Shown here: positions 50,133 to 64,000 of the stretch, one piece after another | Numbering within the stretch: the stretch's first letter is position 1 | How the letters are laid out: each line of letters starts with the position of its first letter | From: Paraspadella gotoi | Taxonomy: Eukaryota > Animalia > Chaetognatha | Reading direction: 5' to 3' | NCBI GenBank assembly: GCA_051294375.1 | Contig: CM119269.1 | Coordinates: 10,395,471-10,459,470, forward strand | Length of the DNA stretch: 64,000 nucleotides | Position numbers and translations under genes: made by a program | The notes under the pieces: generated by a model | The model's database searches: none | What the model saw: only the letters and a program-made list of their open reading frames with translations | Told to the model about the DNA's origin: nothing

Positions 50133-52442
50133 GCAATTTTACTGAGTTTTTAAATTTCACGCAATTCCATTCCTAAAACTCGATTTAATCGACATAAAAT
50201 CTAACGTTTATCACACTACATTAGCTCGCGAAAAAAAGTAATGATGTAAAAAAAGATTATCTGCCCCTGCTCTGAAAACGAAAATATATTTCAGAATCAA
50301 ACACGTGAGCCAAATAAAGTTAAAAAATGTAAATCGAAAAAAGACATGAAGAACAACAAAAAAATCAGAATTATACTACGAGAAAATAAAAAAAAAAACA
50401 GAAAAACAAGAACGGAAATTCAATTTTGTGTTTCGCTACAGACTTATTAGCCCGTCTTTTATTCTTTATAATTTTATGATTTCCTGAAGTCAGCAGTCAC
50501 TTAGATTTGAGGTATTTTCCTGTCTTATCAAATGAGCAACTAATTATAGGCGAGTGTNNNNNNNNNNNNNNNNNNNNNNNNNNNNNNNNNNNNNNNNNNN
50601 NNNNNNNNNNNNNNNNNNNNNNNNNNNNNNNNNNNNNNNNNNNNNNNNNNNNNNNNNNNNNNNNNNNNNNNNNNGAAGGTAAGGGAAGGTAAGGGAAGGT
50701 CGGTCGCGGGTCAACGAACGATGAAAGAAACGACCTTGACACGATTCTCCCTCGTTTCCGCGAATCGAGAGACAAACTTGTTTATGAAAACGACTTTTTC
50801 TTCAATGGTCATGACGACGACGACGACGACGACGATAATCTTCTTGAAGACGTTGAACGCAATAACAGCGATTACCACGACGACGACGACGACGACGGAC
50901 GTCTTAAATGATGTTGATTCGGATAATGAAGTAAAGATGAAAAGGTAACGGAACGAACGAATGAAACGAAAAAAGTGAAGCAAAAAGGATTTTTTTTCTG
51001 TGAAAAAGAAAGATTAAGTGAGGGCGCGACGCGCTGTGAAGAATCTTTTACGTTTCGTAGTTGTAATTTTTTTTTATTTTGAGTAAATAAGAAACATAAA
51101 AGTAATTTAATTTTTAATATGAGATGTTAAAACGATTTGTACCCTTTTTTTTTAATGTAAAACTGACGAAATCTCTTTTTAATTAACTTCTCTTTTTCTT
51201 TCTACGCCACACCCTTCGCCGCCGCTGCCGCAGGTAAGTCTCGCGATTCCAACCTCGTCTCGTCTCGTCTCGTCTCGTCGCGCTGTTGTGATGAACCGAC
51301 GAAACCAATTAGAGAACAAACCTCTTTTTTTCTGTCGACGTTCAATCAAGAGCAGACTCGTACTTGGAAACCGTTAAACCGAACCTCGGCCGTGCCAGAG
51401 GCCAGTAACAAGGGGTGATATAAAGACCATGAGTCATACGATGAGACAAAAAGGTGAGGAAAGTGATAAGTCGGCAGAAAAAGGTAGGGGTCCGAAAATA
51501 ATAGGTAGATGACAGCGTGTGAGAGTAAGGGAGGAAAGAGGAAGGAGGAAAATATTTAAGAAAGGAGAAGAAAAAGAAGGTAAAAGAATAAAATAATCAG
51601 GAAAAGTGTTGATGAAGGAAAAAACATTGTATAGATAAGATGTGGCGTTATTACCCTAATCTTTTGCTAATAAGTTAATAGACATGAGATCTCATTATAA
51701 GGATTCTGGGATCAATTGTAAAGGAGAGTAGTCGTGGTACCATTAAAATCAAGCATACTTATATGGTCTAAATTACCCAGCGTTAAATAGATTCAGATAA
51801 ACAATTCATTTGTATGAAAATCATGTCTTACCGTATTTTTAACTCATTGAGAAATATTCACTTATGGGAACGTCTTTACTAATTGGATAAGAAGGAGTAC
51901 TTGAGGACAACGCGTTTTCTTTGTACCCACTGACGGTGAGGTTCGTACACGCGTAACCAATGAGATTCCAAGAAAGGATAGGTAATTAGTGTACAGTTCA
52001 GATTTCTGTTGGATCCTTAAAAGACTTCTGGATTGTTATCTGCTAAACCTCGGTCTCGTCNNNNNNNNNNNNNNNNNNNNNNNNNTCTCTCTCTCTCTCT
52101 CTTATTTACGTAATATAAAAAAGACGTAATTATCAGAAATCAGTTTTATTCGAGACCATGCATTCGATCAACTTTGCAGGATCACTTTGCCAGGCCAGAT
52201 ATTTACTAAATTTCCGTAAAAATTATCCTTAAATACAAGGGCTCGAAAAAAAAACTGCACAGAATTCCACAAAAAGACAGTTTACACTTCAGGTGATCTA
52301 TTTTATAACTTTTTATAAATCATTAGAAACATTAACACACTAAACACGAATAATTAGTATCCGTTCCTCTCCTGATAATATTTTTTTCCCTCCGCCAATG
52401 AAAGTCGTTCTTTCGAAAGTGACCCTTCCGTAGAAAGATGGA

Positions 52443-52478
<36 letters not shown>

Positions 52479-53946
52479 AGGTGGATTTGAAATTTTAATT
52501 AAGGAAAAAGACTAAAGCTTCGACACAGAAGCAATGAAGCCTCGCTCGAGTGGCGAGAAAATTGCAAAAGAAAAAAAGAGCAAAGAGAAAAAAGAAAAGA
52601 GAAAGAGCGAGGAATTTCGCTGTCTCTTCTTTATCCTCTTCCTCTTCTTCCTCCTCTTCTTCTCAACCCCTGACCTACAATCGGCGACAGACATTGTCGA
52701 ATCATCCTCCTCCCCTCCGCCCATTTATCCCGTCCCCCTATCGCTAGAAAGGAGAATTAATCTCGCCGTAATTCAATTTGTTTCTCTCCGCGGAAAATCA
52801 CCTGCTTTATTGGTTTTTTGTTTTTTTTTTCCTTCCCATCAAGCGGCAGTTTTTAACGTTCCTCCACAAACCTTTTCTACGCCGGTCAACGCTCTTTCCT
52901 CTCTCTCTCTCTCTCCTCCTCATCTCTCTCGCCTCGATCTCATCTCTCTCTCTCTCTCAGTTTCACTCTCGTCGTTACTTTCTCGTCTCTGTCTGTCTGG
53001 CTTCAGGCTGTTAGTCATTGTGAGAGCGAGTGAGACAGCGCCGTCTGTTTCTCGTCTCAAGAAAACACGACGCCGACCGTCGTCTCATTTCCGATGAGCG
53101 AGGGGTGCCTGGCGCTGGCCGGGTCGGGGGCGGGATGGGGTTGAAGGGTAAGGTTCGAAGTGGGAGTTAAGATGGGGAAGTGTGGCAAATACTACATTAA
53201 ATTAAATTGAATTAAATTATATGTCGAAGCTGAACTTTTTCACTTTTTCACTTGTCCATTTGTTTAATTTTCTACTAATAGCTTGAATAGACAATTCTCT
53301 TTTTATTGACTATTAATTTACTGAATTAACTTTTCTAATTTTAATCAATGAACGACCTGACGCGAAGCCAACGACGGAACTTCAGAAGAGACCTTGTCCA
53401 GATGGTTTTACAGGTGCAGATTCCGTCAATGCAGGTGCAGTCGGAAATGGTGTCGATGCAGGTGTCAGTCGGGTTGAGAAGTAAAGGTTCGACCGAATCC
53501 ATTTCCTCGTCATTCTTTGTCTTCTGCTCTCGTTTGGTTTCGCCATTACGAGCTCTCGAAGGCGCTGGCGGCGGCGGCGGCGGCGACGGCGGTGCTGGCG
53601 GAAGGTCACCGGAGGCGAAAGCCTCTTTGTTTTAAAAAGAATCTCCTTTCGAATTGGGGCGACGTGAGGCAAAGCCTGGCTNNNNNNNNNNTTTGACGTC
53701 GTTGAGAACATTTGCGGTTAAACGTTTGGGAGACGTCGTTTTCGTCGTCGTCGAATTTTCGGTGTCTGATGTCACGCGTCATCGCGCGATGATCTCTCTC
53801 TCTCTCTCTGGCAAAGCCTGGCTTGGCCACGTTGACTAAACAACGTCGCTTGCTGTAATTCACGCCAAACGCATATTTTGGTACTCGGTTAGGAATCGCC
53901 GTCTTCTCTCTCTTCTCCCTTCTTTCCTCTCTTCTCTCTCTCTCTC

Positions 53947-53995
<49 letters not shown>

Positions 53996-54187
53996 ACACC
54001 AAAACTAACACTGTTTTTAGTTTATCTATCGGAAAAATCAAATAAATATTTACCATACTCACTAGCGAAAAGTCACACGAATCAACTTGACGTCGTTTGA
54101 AACATTTGCGGTTTTTTAGACGTTTGGGAGACGTCGTTTCGTCTCGTCGAATTTCGTTGTCCTGATGTCACGCGTCATGCGCGATGA

Positions 54188-54237
<50 letters not shown>

Positions 54238-54402
54238 ATCTCTCTCTCTATTCTCTCTCTCTCTCTCTTCTCACTTCTCATCATTCAAATGCCGATTCCG
54301 CACAGCTGTGCCTCTCAAAGTCACAAATCTCGACCAAACTCGGAGGGAAAATATCGCCCCTCCTCTTCAAACATTCTTTCCCTCTTGATAAATCTCTCTC
54401 TC

Positions 54403-54445
<43 letters not shown>

Positions 54446-54722
54446 TCTCTCTCTCTCTCTCTCTTTCTCTCTTTTCTNNNNNNNNNNNNNNNNNNNNNNN
54501 NNCTCCTTTTGAATTTCAAGTTTCTCCTTCCTCCTTTTCCTTTCATTTTCGTCTTTTTTTTCTCGGTTATTTTTTTATTTAACTTGGATCTCTCATCACT
54601 GCTAATATCTTTTCGCTTTCTATTTATGAACCAATTTTTTTTACAAAAAAACTGAAACATTTGTACAGTATCTTAAGTTAAATTTACGTTATAAATTTAG
54701 AAACAAAAAAAGACAATCAATA

Positions 54723-55245
54723 ACTATCTAGGAAAAAAGTATATCACATTTTTAGTAGAGGATATCTACTCGAAAACTTGTTTGATTTAAAAAAAATCAA
54801 AATGTTTCTAAATCTACATTGAATTTTTTTTCAGTAGCCTCCTTCTATTTTTTCGCAGGTCAAATAAAAAATGGCGAAAAAAATTATATTTAGTTTTCCA
54901 CTATTTTTAATATTTAATTATTTGTTTTTATTTTGAATTAAGTTAATTATTTAAATTTTTTTTTTTAAATTTGGCAATGCTATAGGCATTTTACTTTTTT
55001 TGATTTATTAAAGTTCCCTTTAGCTCTCAGAAAAGAGGGAATTATTGGTAGCAGGGCTGAAAAAAATTGCGCTATTGGTGTGGAAAAACATTTCACTGTC
55101 ATACCCCAATTCGTTGTTTGAGAGCATGCCCAGACAATAGTCGATGCCGAGGGAGGGCACACTAAATATGATATGTTTTATATATTTTTTATTGAATAAA
55201 TGAACTTTTCAACAATTATGTGATATACTTTTTTCCTAGATAGTA
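54723..55245. mobile_element. About 520-bp MITE with 27-bp terminal inverted repeats, TA-flanked (Tc1/mariner-type inferred)
   Basis: actatctaggaaaaaagtatatcacat at 54723 is the reverse complement of atgtgatatacttttttcctagatagt ending at 55244. TA dinucleotides flank it. A related copy is at about 5850-5975. Confidence 0.75.
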
Positions 55246-55701
55246 TAACCAAGTGAGAAAACACGCGAAACAAATAAATAAAGCAAAAGTGATTCGTTCT
55301 TGTTTAGAGTTTAGAGTATTGGGACGAGATAGTTAAAACTTAACATACAGTTTTTTTTCATAACATTTATTTTCCTCCCTCCTTTTCAAAACTCGATCAT
55401 TTTATTTTCTTAATTTATTTTCTTAATTTATTTTCTCTTTCTCGCTCTAAGTCTCTTTCCTATTTTTCTCTTCTTTTGCTTATTTCTCCCAAACTCTAAA
55501 TCTCTTGCCTCACCCTGCCTCTCTTACCTCACCCACTTACCTCACCCTCCCTTCTTTTATTTCCAACGAACCTTTCCCCCATTCTCGCTGATTTCTTTTC
55601 CCTCGAGATTTCGTGGAAAAGTTTGTGAAAAAAATGAAAATAGATTTCGCGACTTCGACCTTTCGTTCAACTTCCTTTATCTCGTCAAAATCGGAGACAA
55701 T

Positions 55702-55788
<87 letters not shown>

Positions 55789-56103
55789 AACTCTCTTCTT
55801 GATTTGGCAGGCGTCTTAAACTGCCTTTCGCCCTTGCAGAAGCCAGTCCTCGCTCCTTCCCCATTCCGTCCGTCACCTAATCTCTACTCCCTCACCGCCT
55901 CCACCCCCAGCCCCACCTCCTCCTCCACCCTCCCATTCTACCCTTATTCCTTGCCCCATTTCCCCACCTCCCACTTCGATTCCTAACTCGGTCCCGCCCC
56001 TCGTCATGCAGGGAATAAACATTTTGATTCCATCACGGTCGTCGTCGTCGTCGTCGTCGTCATCGTCGGAGGATGGCACCATTGATGCCGGGAAGCGAGA
56101 TAA

Positions 56104-56144
<41 letters not shown>

Positions 56145-56149
56145 AGAGA

Positions 56150-56192
<43 letters not shown>

Positions 56193-56349
56193 CGGTCGAA
56201 TCGAAATGAAATATGGGTGCGAGAGAAAAATAAATAAACAAATAAACAAACGAATAAATGAATAGATAGGCGGTCGAGGCAGAGGATTTAACCGCCAGTG
56301 GTTTAAAAAGGACGACGCGCCTGGGGTTAATATGATTTGCGGGGTAGAA

Positions 56350-56600
56350 AAGGAAAGAAAGAGGAGAAAAAGGAAGAGAAAGAAAGAGGAGAAAAAGGAA
56401 GAGTGAAAGAGGAGAAAAAGCAAGAGAAAGAAGGAGAAGAAAAAGGAAGAGTTAAAGAAAAAGGAGAAAAAGGAAGAGAGAAAGAAAGAGGAGAAAAAGG
56501 AAGAGAAAAAGAAAGAGGAGAAAAAGGAAGAGAGAAAGAAAGAGGAGAAAAAGGAAGAGAGAAAGAAAGAGGAGAAAAAGGAAGAGAGAAAGAAAAAGGA
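56350..56600. repeat. Purine-rich 27-bp minisatellite (gaaagaggagaaaaaggaagagagaaa)
   Basis: Direct observation; produces the spurious ERGEKGREK ORF. Confidence 0.85.
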
Positions 56601-56829
56601 TAAAAAATGAAGAGACAAAGAAAGACAGGAAAATACTGGAGTAGACAATGAGAGGAAATTAAAGAGAAAGAGAGAGAGCGAGAGAAAGAGGACGAGAAAT
56701 TAAAAAGAATTGATAGGAAGCAGGTTAACTTTGCTCTGCTGAGATTTGATGTTCGACAAGGATTAATTTTTTTAAAAATTTATTCTTTTTAACGTAATAA
56801 ATGGAAGCAGGTGAGGGAGTCGTTGGAAA

Positions 56830-56950
<121 letters not shown>

Positions 56951-57341
56951 CCGAGGCTCACACCTGCGCGGCGCGAGCCTCTAGTGTACATGCACTGAAA
57001 TACCAAAGTAATAAGGAAAATATAATTTTCACGGGAACAAAAAATTATTTTTTTCATACATAAGACTGATTACGAGTATTTTACTAGTTGTTCATTGTTC
57101 CAAGTCAAGGGTATGACTAATGACTATAGCACTTACTTAAGTTTTATAGAAGTTAATTGCCAATGCCAAAGCGTCTCCAGCAAATTAAACACGTTTTTCA
57201 GCATCATTTGCTGCAATTTAACAACAACAACAACAAAAACAACAACAACAACAACAAAAAACCCAACAGTAATCGCCATAACATCCCCGCCTACGCCGAG
57301 CAGCGCCTACCCACCTCAGCCAACGCTGTCCAAGGCCAAGC

Positions 57342-57400
57342 AACGCCGACGCACGCCGACGCACGCCGACGCACGCCGACGCACGCCGTCTCACGCCGTC
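57342..57400. repeat. 10-bp tandem repeat (CACGCCGACG)n
   Basis: Direct observation, about 5 copies. Confidence 0.85.
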
Positions 57401-57823
57401 GCCGCTCGTTTGTAAACGATGAAAAACGCCCTCCTCGTCTCTCCGCCTCTCTCTCTCCCACAAGTTATTTTCGGACGAATTCTGAGCCTCGACATTTGGG
57501 GCGTAGGTGGCAATAGATGTGGCGAGCGACGGAGGACTTGAAAAATTGCGTCAATAGTGAAATCGTTTTTTTGAAAACATCGATATATATATCGTCTGTC
57601 TCTCTCTCTCTCTCTCTCTCCTCTCTCGTCCTCTCTCTCTCTCGCTCAGTTGTCTCGCCGCTTGCCATAACTTTTCACTTTTTTAAATTTTTTTTATGTC
57701 TCATCACAGATCAAATTATTTTCCTCGATCACAGCCTCCCCAGTACCCACCTTCCCCACTTCCCCCACATCCTCATCTCCTCACTTCCTCTAACTACCCC
57801 TCCCTCTGCTCTCTCTCGCCTCT

Positions 57824-57901
<78 letters not shown>

Positions 57902-59324
57902 CCTCTCCTCATCCCCAAAAGAGGAGAGGAGTAGAGAGAAAGAAAAATAAATCCCATAAAAGGGCCATTCTTGGGAATTATCATCGAGTTCTAAACTAAT
58001 AAGGCATAAACGAGCGTTCGGAAACGGAGTCAGAGAACGAGAGGGGTGGGCCGGGGCGAGTGATGGAGAGGGGCGATGAATTAAAAACGAAAATTCATCT
58101 CCCACGCCGCCAGGGTTCCCCTTTTCAGTGATCGAACTGCACGTTCAAGCAGTTAGCGAAGACTGACGACTCACGAGTCACATCCAAAGTCGGATTCTCG
58201 ACTCATTTAGTCACCTACGCTTTTTCGGACGTTAATTTTTTTCAATCTCAAATAGACTTGAAAATAGATTGACGAATGTTTAGTTCTAGGTTATATTGAC
58301 AGTGGGATGAATACAGAAGTCGACCATATTTTCGGTCCGCATAAACTTTTCGATCTTCTTACCAACCAACCAAGCCTTCCTAAACTCACCCCACTGACCC
58401 AACCTGTCCCCCACCCGATTCCAATCGATCGTTACCAACCCCACCACCCTCCACCCTTGTTCTCACCCTCGTGAAAAGCGGAGACGCGAAACGTCGCTTT
58501 GGCGGCCATAAAATCAGACGCCCAACCGATAACGGGCTCCGGGGGGAGGATTGCTTTCGTCGTCGTCGCTCGTCGTCGTCGTTATTGCCGACGTCGTCTT
58601 TGTTGTTTAATCTGTCGTCGTCGTTGTTTTTAAAAATTGTAGTCAACGTCGAAAGTCATAAGGGTGACGTCGTCGTCGTTGTCCCACTGTGGTCAAGATG
58701 ATCCTCGAGATGGTCGTCATCTCGAATGTCGTTGTGGTTTTCGTGGATCTGTGTGGTCGTCGTGGTCGTCGTCGTAAACGTCGCCGTAGTTAGTATCCGG
58801 CGTTGAAAAGAGTCTACGAAGCGGAAGGCAATCGTCGTCGAATCGCCCCTTTGTCCCCCATGTCCTCCAAGCCCCTCAGCTCCTTTCCTTCCCCTTTTGC
58901 CTCCTTTACACCGTTTCCTCTTTTCCCCCTTATTGTACGGCGTCCACCCAACCACCCAAATACGAATTTGCTCCACCTCTCAAACCCCCTCTCTCCTCGA
59001 ACTCCCATTAAACTCATGATCTCCACGTAATAGTTTTCTTTCTTTCTTCTCCCGACCCCAAATTCCCCGCTACCATATATCATTATTTCGCTTCCACCAA
59101 CCCCCTCTTCATGCACCCACCTCGCTCGACCACCTCCGTTTTCCTCGACAAAACACAAAAGCTAAAATTCGTCTTAAATCCGAGTCGACCATCTTGAGAT
59201 TTCTTTTCCAAGAACAACTTGAAGCGAACAAAGATTGTAGAGGTTCTCGAAATTTGAGACTTGAGAAGACTGAAAGAGAAAAACATTCGGCTCGAGATGT
59301 TTAATAAGATTAATCCTGTGGGTT

Positions 59325-59590
59325 CATCCTGTGGGCCCAATGCTAAGTGGGTGGAATCCTATAAGGGTACAATCCTTTGGGCGCAATACTATGGGCGCAA
59401 TTCTACGGGCGCAGTCTTCGGTGGGCGCAATTCTACGTGGGCGGAATCCTACAGGGCGGAATCCCATGTGGGCGCAATCTTACGTGGGCGGAATACTATG
59501 GGTGCAATTGTATGTGGGCGCAATGCTACGTGGGTGCAATCCTGGGGGCGCAATTTTATGGGCCCAATAATACGTGGGCACAATCCTGCT
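59325..59590. repeat. Minisatellite, about 16-17-bp unit (ctacgtgggcgcaat..), roughly 15 diverged copies
   Basis: gtgggcgcaat / gggcggaat recurs at regular spacing; explains the three overlapping repetitive ORFs. Confidence 0.9.
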
Positions 59591-60638
59591 ACCACCGTTT
59601 AATAATAACAAAATGGCAAAAAAAGAACAAAAACGGGGAAGTATTCGTCGGCTTTCACCGAATGGATAACAAGGAGAGAAAAGACTTATGTTGACAATAG
59701 CGAATGCCATGGCAACTCATAACGTCCTCTGATGTTCTTACAGAACCCAGCCAAGAAAGAGGCAACGCGCGGTCAGATTCAACGAAATAGCGCCCCAAAA
59801 ACCCAAGCCCCAATCCGGTAACAGCCTCGCGGGGGGAATAATTCTTTCCGGCGAGCATTGGCGTCGTCCCGGGGGGGAAATAAAGACTCGGAGATCCCGA
59901 CTGCAGCGAAATTTGGGATCTCAAATTGGAAATTCGAAATCGGGAGTCGCAAAGTCGCTAATGTAGAAATTGGATTTCGCGAAATTATAATGTTAAAAGA
60001 AATAAATTCAAACTAAAACGCTAAAAAATTGAGAAATCAAGCAGTATCAAAAAAGTGTTGGAAATCGGAAAAGCGAAAAGTAAAAATGAAAAATTCCAAG
60101 TTGTTTATTTTTATGTTAAAAAATTCTCCTTTTTTCCCCTTTTTTGTATTTAATTATGAATTCAATTTATGATTATTTCAAATTATGATTAAATTGGCTC
60201 ATTTATTTTTCGTTATCGCCAGCGCTATCTGTGTTTGCTTTCGTACCAACTTGTCGCCCTACCAGCCTTGCTCCTCCTTGCCCGACTAGTCATTCTCCGC
60301 CGCCTCAACTACCCCACCCCCACCCAGTCTTCCTCACCCACTCTCTCCTCTCTCTTCTACTCTCTCTCTCTCATCTTCATCTCTCTTCTCTCTGCTCCTC
60401 TCTCTCTCTCTCTCTTCCTCTCTTTCTCTTCTCACCCCCAACCCCCCCCACCAGTCTTACTCGTCTCCCGCACACACCACTCACCCACTCACCCGCCCAC
60501 ATTTTTGAGAATTTCCCCCTCAATCCAACGAAGTCAGGCGAAGGTTTCGATTTTGAAATAAATCCAAATTTCTTTTTTCGTACATGTCTCTGTCTGTTCT
60601 CTCTTCTCTCTCTTCCTCTCTCTCTTCTCTCTGCTCTC

Positions 60639-60752
<114 letters not shown>

Positions 60753-61455
60753 AGTAGGGGGGACGCGGCACGAGAAGGAAAGGATTTATCATAAATTACT
60801 TTTCGTTTCACAATTTCTTATCGTTTAAAACGCTTTTCCTTTTCGTCGGGTTAATATCATCTCATCTACTTTTTTTTAAAAGTCACTTTCATCGTCTTCG
60901 TCGTCGTCTTCGTCGTCGTCTTCGTCGTCGTCGTCGTCGTCGTCGTCTTCGTTGTCGTCTTCGTCGTTAAATTTTAATTGAGAAAAAAGAATCTTCGAGA
61001 AAAGAAAACCACTTTTCGGCGTCGAGTCAAGAAAAGACGCAAAAGTAAAAAAACAAACAAAAAACAAAAAGCAAAACAATTTTTTGACTTTTTAAAATTT
61101 TTAATGCTTTTTAACTTTTCTTCTATTTTTTCTCCTCTTCCTCTTATTTTCCTCTACGTTTCGTTTTCCCTCCTCATTCAATATTTTCTTTGCTTTTCGA
61201 CTTTTTTTTTCAATCCTTCTCAGATATTTTTTTTCCATCCGCTTTATCCTCAACCTCATTTTCTGTCGCTCGCAAAAAAACAATCGCGCGCCAATTCCAG
61301 GACGCATGCTCAGGCACGCAATTCCAAAATCACAATCACACAAAAAGAGTAAGTCTTACTCGCGTAAAATTACTTAAAAATACATTCTTAGTCTCACGAA
61401 CGAACGGACGCACCAAACATGAAGAAGCACACGCATTCCACTGCTCCCCTCCCGT

Positions 61456-61567
<112 letters not shown>

Positions 61568-62825
61568 TCTCCCTCTTTATTTGGCTTTTCATTAATCTCT
61601 CTTCCCCTTTTTTTCCTAATTTCTCTCGCCTTCTTCCGCTCCTTTTCTTTCTTTTCTTTTAATTTCAATTTTTTTCTCTTCTCTTTTTTTTCGTCTCATT
61701 TTTCTTCGCGCGTTTTTGTTCTTCTGCTCGAATTTTCTTTTCCGCCCTCATTAATTTTCCCTTCTTTTTTTTTTTCATTTTCCTTAATTTTTTCGCCTGG
61801 AAGTCGATAGAGGAAATTTCATAAAGTATTCGAGGTTTTGCGAGGTTTTTTTTTCGCTTTGGCTTCTCTCCTTTATCAACTGTAAAGGCAGCCACGCCAC
61901 TTTCCCCTCTCCTTCTCTCCCCTCACGTGGTTGTTTCACAATGGAATAGATTTTTCACCCTTTCCCACTGCTTCTTTCACCGCCACCGCCGTCCTAACAC
62001 TTCCTTGTTTTGTTTCAATTTTCTTTGAAACAAAATTAGCGCCGTTTTTTTTAGGCGGCGTGTTATCATCTACCACCTTTGCGCCTCTGCGCTGTTTTGA
62101 CTGAATAACCTCCACCGCTACTTTTATTCTTTCCCCAATTTTTTATTCTCCATTAAGTTTCATTACTCGGTCATAATTATTTCTCTCTCACCTGACGGGT
62201 AAGAAATAGTTTCTCTACCTGTTCCATTTTTTTCTATGAAAAATTGCAAGATTACTTGTTTTACTAAATTTGACTTTTAAATTTTATATCAAAATTTTAA
62301 AATATATGTAAGAATTCAATATAAGTTAACCTCTTTTTCATTATCGTCGCCGTGGATTACAAATCGAACGATAACATAAAATGATTTTTTTACGCCAGAA
62401 GTTCATTCACGTCTTCACTCCGTTTTTCACGGCGCCAACTTCACACCCCCTTTTCCAAGCTTCCGTAGCCCGAGGCTCCGACGCCATTTTGTGAGGCGAC
62501 GCCACAATATCTCACACCAGAGGGCGAAACGACGCCGTCTCGCCATTCACGTCGGTTTCTGAGAGCGGCACCGTCACGGGTCGAAACCCGGAATGGAACC
62601 GCAGCACCGGGATGCCATTCCTGGATCCGCTACAAGAAGCAATTACATTGGTATTTACTAGTATAAATATTAAATATATCGATTAAATAGGTATGAAATA
62701 ATTTTTAAATTTACTATCAATTTCCGGCCATTTAGTTTAAATTTATTTTATACAAACATTTTCAAAGACAAACCAATGCTCACCGTAACAACAACACACT
62801 CGCATCGTAATAACTCGAGCCAATG

Positions 62826-62884
62826 TTGCAATATCTCACCTAAGCGCTGCAATATCTCACCTCCGCGTTGCAATATCTCACCTC
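62826..62884. repeat. Three 21-bp tandem copies containing tgcaatatctcacct; a further copy of the core at about 62505
   Basis: Direct observation. Confidence 0.8.
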
Positions 62885-62987
62885 GGCGTCGCGCCAGCCC
62901 ACCGCAAACGCTCGAGACGCACTCACACTTTCTCACCCTTTTTGTGATTCAAAGTTCGGTGAAATGGAAAGCGTCACCCACCAGCGT

Positions 62988-63105
<118 letters not shown>

Positions 63106-64000
63106 CGCTCACCGAAATTATACTCCTTTTGTTCTAACTCACATCATTGGAAAATGGGAATTGGAGCCGCAAACATTGGGAAGGGAGGGAGCGACTTGAA
63201 AAGCTCACAACGACGAAAACGACGACGACGACACCGAAAACCAAAGTCGACAACAAAAAAACGCTACGTTTTGCGTAATAGAATTTAAACGGACATGCGA
63301 CGATTAGCGAAAAATTTGGTTTTAACGAACGTTAGACTGTTAGTGAATGAAATTAGGTTAGTAAAATTATGTAAAGAGGATCATTAAATTTCCGATAAAA
63401 TGTTAAAAAAAGACGACGACGATGACGACGATGACCACGACTCCGACAACGATAGGGATCGAGGAATAGACGACGAAGGCGAAGAAATTTCATATTTTTC
63501 GTCGTCGTCGTCGTCGTCGTCGTCNNNNNNNNNNTCGTCGTCGTCGTCGTCGTCGTCGTCACGGACTTTTCCTTTTTTTAGGCGAGTTTTTGATTCGAGG
63601 GAAAAATTACGAGAAAACACGAGGAAACGAGACGCTGAGAATCGACCATAAAAGAAAGGAAGAGGAAGGAAAGAAGGAAAGAAGGAAAGAAGGAAAGAAG
63701 GAAAGAAGGAAATAATAAAGGAAAAATGTACGCGGAGAAAAAAATGTGAAGAAAAGAAAAAGAAATAAAAAAGAAATTAAAAAGAAGATAAAAGATTAAA
63801 AAAAGAAGAAAAAAAATGAAGAAATCGAGAAAACGAGAGAAAACCTTTTCGGAGTTACGCTCGAACAGTTAAGGGAATATTGAGTCGTAAGGGAGAATAG
63901 ACAGGCGGGAAAATTGATGGGGCTAGGGGTGAGAATAGAAGGCGGGATATTTGCAGGGGGATAGGTGAGAATTTAGAAGGCGGGGAATATTCGAGGGTAG

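Noticed and set aside
53350-53610. Minus-strand Pro-rich and Cys-rich frame (TCIDTISDCTCIDGICTCK)
   Set aside because: Arises from short tgcaggtg repeats; no clear start, splice sites or recognisable family.
53665-54200. Tandem duplication of ttgacgtcg...tgatgtcacgcgtcat...gatgatctctc
   Set aside because: Adjacent to a 10-N gap with indel-type differences; probably haplotype or assembly redundancy.
59325-59590. Regularly spaced repeats here and at 28084-28690 as CRISPR-like arrays
   Set aside because: Units are contiguous with no unique spacers, there are no cas genes and the context is eukaryotic; these are minisatellites.
62555-62640. ctgagag...cgaaac with small hairpins as a hammerhead ribozyme
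   Set aside because: Core does not match CUGANGA and the three stems cannot be formed.

Overview
Eukaryotic, probably invertebrate animal, draft-assembly DNA. It is gene-poor, saturated with (GA/CT)n, (GTC)n and (GAAA)n microsatellites, and has many N gaps after about 25 kb. Almost all short ORFs in the track are microsatellite or gap artefacts. Two real protein-coding loci are supported. (1) A three-exon + strand gene (12573-12724, 12793-12959, 13455-17497; about 1,450 aa) that the ORF track truncates. It encodes a signal peptide, a Toll-type multiple-cysteine-cluster LRR ectodomain and one transmembrane helix. In place of a TIR domain it has a degenerate, truncated pseudokinase, an IRE1/RNase L-type KEN (HEPN) ribonuclease with an intact R-N-x-x-x-H motif, and one or two C-terminal ubiquitin-like domains. 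This is a candidate 'Toll-like receptor ribonuclease' and the main finding. Its intron 2 holds a compact multi-hairpin GC-rich element, and its coding sequence holds a perfect IRE1-type CUGCAG stem-loop. (2) The first coding exon of a mex-3 (KH/RING RNA-binding) gene at 43398-44019, whose next exon is not visible in the window. Also present are foldback/MITE elements, minisatellites and duplications that look like assembly artefacts. All homology calls are by-eye motif comparison from memory, not database searches.
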